Part shown: in pieces, positions 37,119 through 40,074 of the stretch
Layout: each line of letters starts with the position of its first letter
Position numbering within the stretch: position 1 is the first letter of the stretch
Source: Octopus bimaculoides
Taxonomy: Eukaryota
Assembly: GCF_001194135.2 (NCBI RefSeq)
Contig: NC_068985.1
Location: forward strand, 48,583,088 to 48,623,161
Reading direction: 5' to 3'
Length of the DNA: 40,074 nt
Notes under the pieces: generated by a model
Databases searched by the model: none
What the model was told of the DNA's origin: nothing
The model's input: only the letters and a program-made list of their open reading frames with translations
Translations under genes and position numbers: made by a program

Positions 37119-37615
37119 GAGTTCTGCTTTACGTACGGCATATAATCCCTCGTGAATTTTACTAATTTTTTAGAATTTTTAGAAAATTTTTGCGACTTCG
37201 TATTCTACACACGAGAAATCATACGACTATTCAAAAATCAAAAGAAAAAAGAATTTTTGTGTGATTTATAGGGTATTTAGCCGTTATTTTAGTACAGTTC
37301 ACGACCACCTCATACCGTTCCCGTTTGTTTGTCAATCTGTCGTATTGTTGTTTTTGAATATTTTTCTCCCCGTAAACACATTTAATGGTCTATTGCTGCG
37401 ATTAAACCAAAGATTCGTACTGTTCGTATTTTAAACTGCGATTTTAAAACAATAATGAATATTTTTTTTAATTTCGGAAAATTAGAAAAAAAACTGTATT
37501 GCATATTCCTATGAATTCCCTTGTATAGAACTCAAGTTCACAAAAGTTGTCTGAAATTTAAAAAAAAACAAAAAAAAAACAAGAGTTTATATGCCGTGCG
37601 TAAAATAGCAGAATC
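37119..37615. mobile_element. MITE-like element with long imperfect terminal inverted repeats
   Basis: ttctgctttacgtacggcatataa (37122-37145) mirrors ttatatgccgtgcgtaaaatagcagaa (37587-37613). The arms align by eye for roughly 110 bp. Confidence 0.7.
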
Positions 37616-37770
37616 CCGGCTAGGAACATACGTATGAGCATACATCGTGTGTAGAAGTAATATTCAATTTGTAGTGTTATTTTCTGATCAATCATTCTCC
37701 ATAACTATAACGGACTGATGACTGTTCCATCCTACTCTGTGTTGCTTAACGACAACTAATCGCATGTTAC

Positions 37771-37950
37771 CAGCATAACGAGAGCTTGCTACTCGAATCG
37801 AGATATCTTTAGTTTGATCTACTGCGAACGGTGTGACAACATTAATGTCATGAGTAACAGTTATGCAATACATTGTATACGGTACAAGGTTGGAAAGAGT
37901 ACAGTTGCTTTTCAGTTTTACGGTCAATACTTCTTTCATCTTGAGAAATC
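37771..37950 (-). CDS. Candidate internal exon encoding the C-terminal half of a fibronectin type III-like domain
   Basis: LSNLVPYTMYCITV (37897-37856) fits the FN3 pattern LxxLxPxTxYxIxV. The segment is 180 nt, from AG at 37952-37951 (after a pyrimidine tract) to GTAAC at 37770, phase 1-1. The acceptor is suboptimal because an upstream CAG would put TAA in frame. Confidence 0.35.
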
Positions 37951-38088
37951 CTTACTGAAAATGTTAAAATCACAACCCATCAAACCCTACTGTTCTGGAA
38001 CAACAATGCTTCCCTGTATTAATCTGCGACAAGACCCACCGCATGCATGCAGTTTTCTATCAATGTCGTGGTAGATTGCTATAATATA

Positions 38089-38510
38089 CTAGGAGGTACC
38101 AAAAGAAACCGGAATTTTGTAATATGTTATTCACTTAGTTTAACATGTTTTCACCTTTATTGACTACAAAGTAGTCTCCATTTGAAGCAATCCATCGGTC
38201 CAGGTGTTTTTTCCACTATTCGAAGCAGCGCTGGAACTCTTGCGAAGTGATGCCTCTTAACACCTCCGTCGATTTTTCTTTACCTCTTCCACTTCTGCAA
38301 ATTCTGTATCACCAGCTTTCGTCACGAGTGATGACCTTCGAAAAAAAATTTGGATCAACTTCCAACTCTTTTTGCAGTTCACGACACGCATTCAGTCGTG
38401 ACTGCTTTTGGCCCTTCGTGAGCAAGCGACGCACAAATTTTGCTGCAACTCTTTTAATTTGCAATTTCTCGCTCAAAATTCGTCTTCGATCGTCCTGAAC
38501 GTTGTTGCAA
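38089..38510 (-). mobile_element. Mariner transposon relic 3, internally deleted, with 3' TIR and TA
   Basis: VQDDRR/RILSEKLQIKRVAAKFVRRLLT...FFSKVITRDESW is joined directly to FAEVEEVK...FQRCFE*WKKHLDRWIASNGDYF. TIR-like ctaggaggtaccaaaagaaaccggaat follows TA at 38087-38088. Confidence 0.9.
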
Positions 38511-38664
38511 TATTAGATTTTAAATGACATCATAGCAAGATATATTTCAACTTTTGCAAAACCGTTATCTTTTTATGAAATAATTGAAATTGTCATATAT
38601 TCTCTGCAATGAAAGCATTTATATATAAGATAAAGAACTAATAATATCACTTGTTTTAAATTTT

Positions 38665-38703
<39 letters not shown>

Positions 38704-38937
38704 TTATTTATTTATGTGTTTCAGCCAAGTGGCTGCGGTCATGCTGGTGCACCACGAACACATAAACCCTGTTTTGAACGGCGGACCAAACATATTTTCC
38801 CTCGTTGGAATAAAGGTATAGAGTAAAAGGCGACACAATGTTGAATTGAAAAAAAAAGACATAAAACAGAAGAAAATATGTTTATCAGTTTTTCAGCTTT
38901 TAAAATTGTATGAACAACATTATACATTTCATTACCC

Positions 38938-38986
38938 AAACAATATGTATGCTAAAACAATATGTATGCTAAAACAATATGTATGC
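38938..38986. repeat. 17 bp tandem repeat (aaacaatatgtatgcta) x2.9
   Basis: Directly visible. Confidence 0.9.
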
Positions 38987-39444
38987 ATTCAAGATATTTT
39001 CAATATTTTTATAATTGAGGCGCCTGAGACATCGTCTCAATGTATTACACGGACTTTGATCTGTGAAAAATCTTTACGAGTGAAGGATCGCTAAACCCAA
39101 TGAGAACAAAATACAACTGATTATAGGTGAACGCTCTAGTAGGGAATTAATGCCATATATCGATAAGGCCAGTCATGAACTTTTTATCGACATGGTGAAT
39201 GCAGGTCTGATAGTGAATTGACGCCATAATAAAATGAAGGACGAATCTGCAGAGCAAAGTTGCAGGTTGATGCGGAGTATAAGCAAAATACGTCCTCCAT
39301 CAGAATCAGTAATTTTACTTGATTTTATGAAAGTGTCAGTGAAAGGTTTCTTGAAAATGGCTGTAAGAAATTAATCATTCAGCTATCTTTCTCAAGTGAT
39401 GGAACAGAACAATCTGATAGCGCCTGTGAATCTGCATTATTTGT

Positions 39445-39874
39445 GATGGGATTGAGAGGAAGAAATGGAGAAAAGAGGGAAATAGAAAAGGTGGAGGAGT
39501 TAAACAAATAGAAAAGGAGAGAGAGAGGGACAGAAAAATAGAAGAGGTTATGAAAGAAAAAATAATGAGAGAGAAATAAGACAACGATAATACAGAGAAG
39601 AGAGGAGAGAGAAAGGAAGGAGGGAAAGAAGAGAAAGAAAGAAACAAACAAAACAAACAAACAAACAAACACAGGAGTGAAAGAGAAAAGGGATGAGAAA
39701 AATAAAGGGAGCGAGAGCAGGAAAGAGAGAGAGAAAGACAAAGAGAAAGACAGCCAAAGACAGACAGATGGACAGAAAGAAAGAAAATAGAAAAATAGAA
39801 AAAACAATCGACACAGGTATAAAAAAGAAAAAGAGAACGTGAATATAAGGAGAATGAGAGCGAAAGAAGAAAAG

Positions 39875-39944
<70 letters not shown>
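39445..39944. repeat. Purine-rich low-complexity tract ending in (GATA)n
   Basis: Strongly A/G-biased plus strand; (GATA)n at about 39876-39944. Confidence 0.9.
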
Positions 39945-40074
39945 TGTTTCTTTATTAGCCACACAGGGCTCAACATAGAGGGGACAAAATACAAATGTAG
40001 AGTTTTTTCTTTTCGATGGGGGCGAAAACAAAGCAGAAAAAAAAAACAAAAGTGGGGACAACGATGAAGATAAA
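39945..40074 (-). mobile_element. Probable 3' end of a retroposon running off the window, AATAAA then (TATC)n tail
   Basis: Minus strand reads ...gagccctgtgtggctAATAAAgaaacaTATCTATC..., with a pyrimidine-rich UTR. The coding part lies outside the window. Confidence 0.45.

Noticed and set aside
37715-37721. CTGATGA motif
   Set aside because: No stem II or GAAA downstream.
39375-40061. 228 aa Phe/Leu/Ser-rich ORF resembling a membrane protein
   Set aside because: Translation of a pyrimidine-rich low-complexity strand and (TATC)n.

Overview
AT-rich eukaryotic draft sequence dense in microsatellites and repeats, with nine N-gaps, most flanked by simple repeats. The repeat families resemble ones I recall from octopus genomes; this host assignment is an unverified inference. 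There is no intact gene, rRNA, tRNA or CRISPR array. Most ORFs in the supplied track are artefacts of microsatellites, N-runs or antisense reading of transposon relics. The window holds five relics of R4/Dong-like non-LTR retrotransposons with a restriction-like endonuclease (RLE), including a near full-length 4.1 kb copy. It also holds a decayed Vingi/Ingi-like LINE, three mariner relics, SINEs, a Helentron-type non-autonomous element, two long inverted-repeat elements and a near-identical 254 bp local duplication. Best leads: (1) a minimal type I hammerhead ribozyme with a complete catalytic core on the minus strand at 14686-14756, with a decayed tandem partner; (2) an R4/Dong-like family whose copies all sit in (CATA)n microsatellites and share a fixed 3' junction, suggesting a tetranucleotide-targeting retrotransposon that also spreads these repeats; (3) a possible fibronectin type III exon, the only hint of a host gene.
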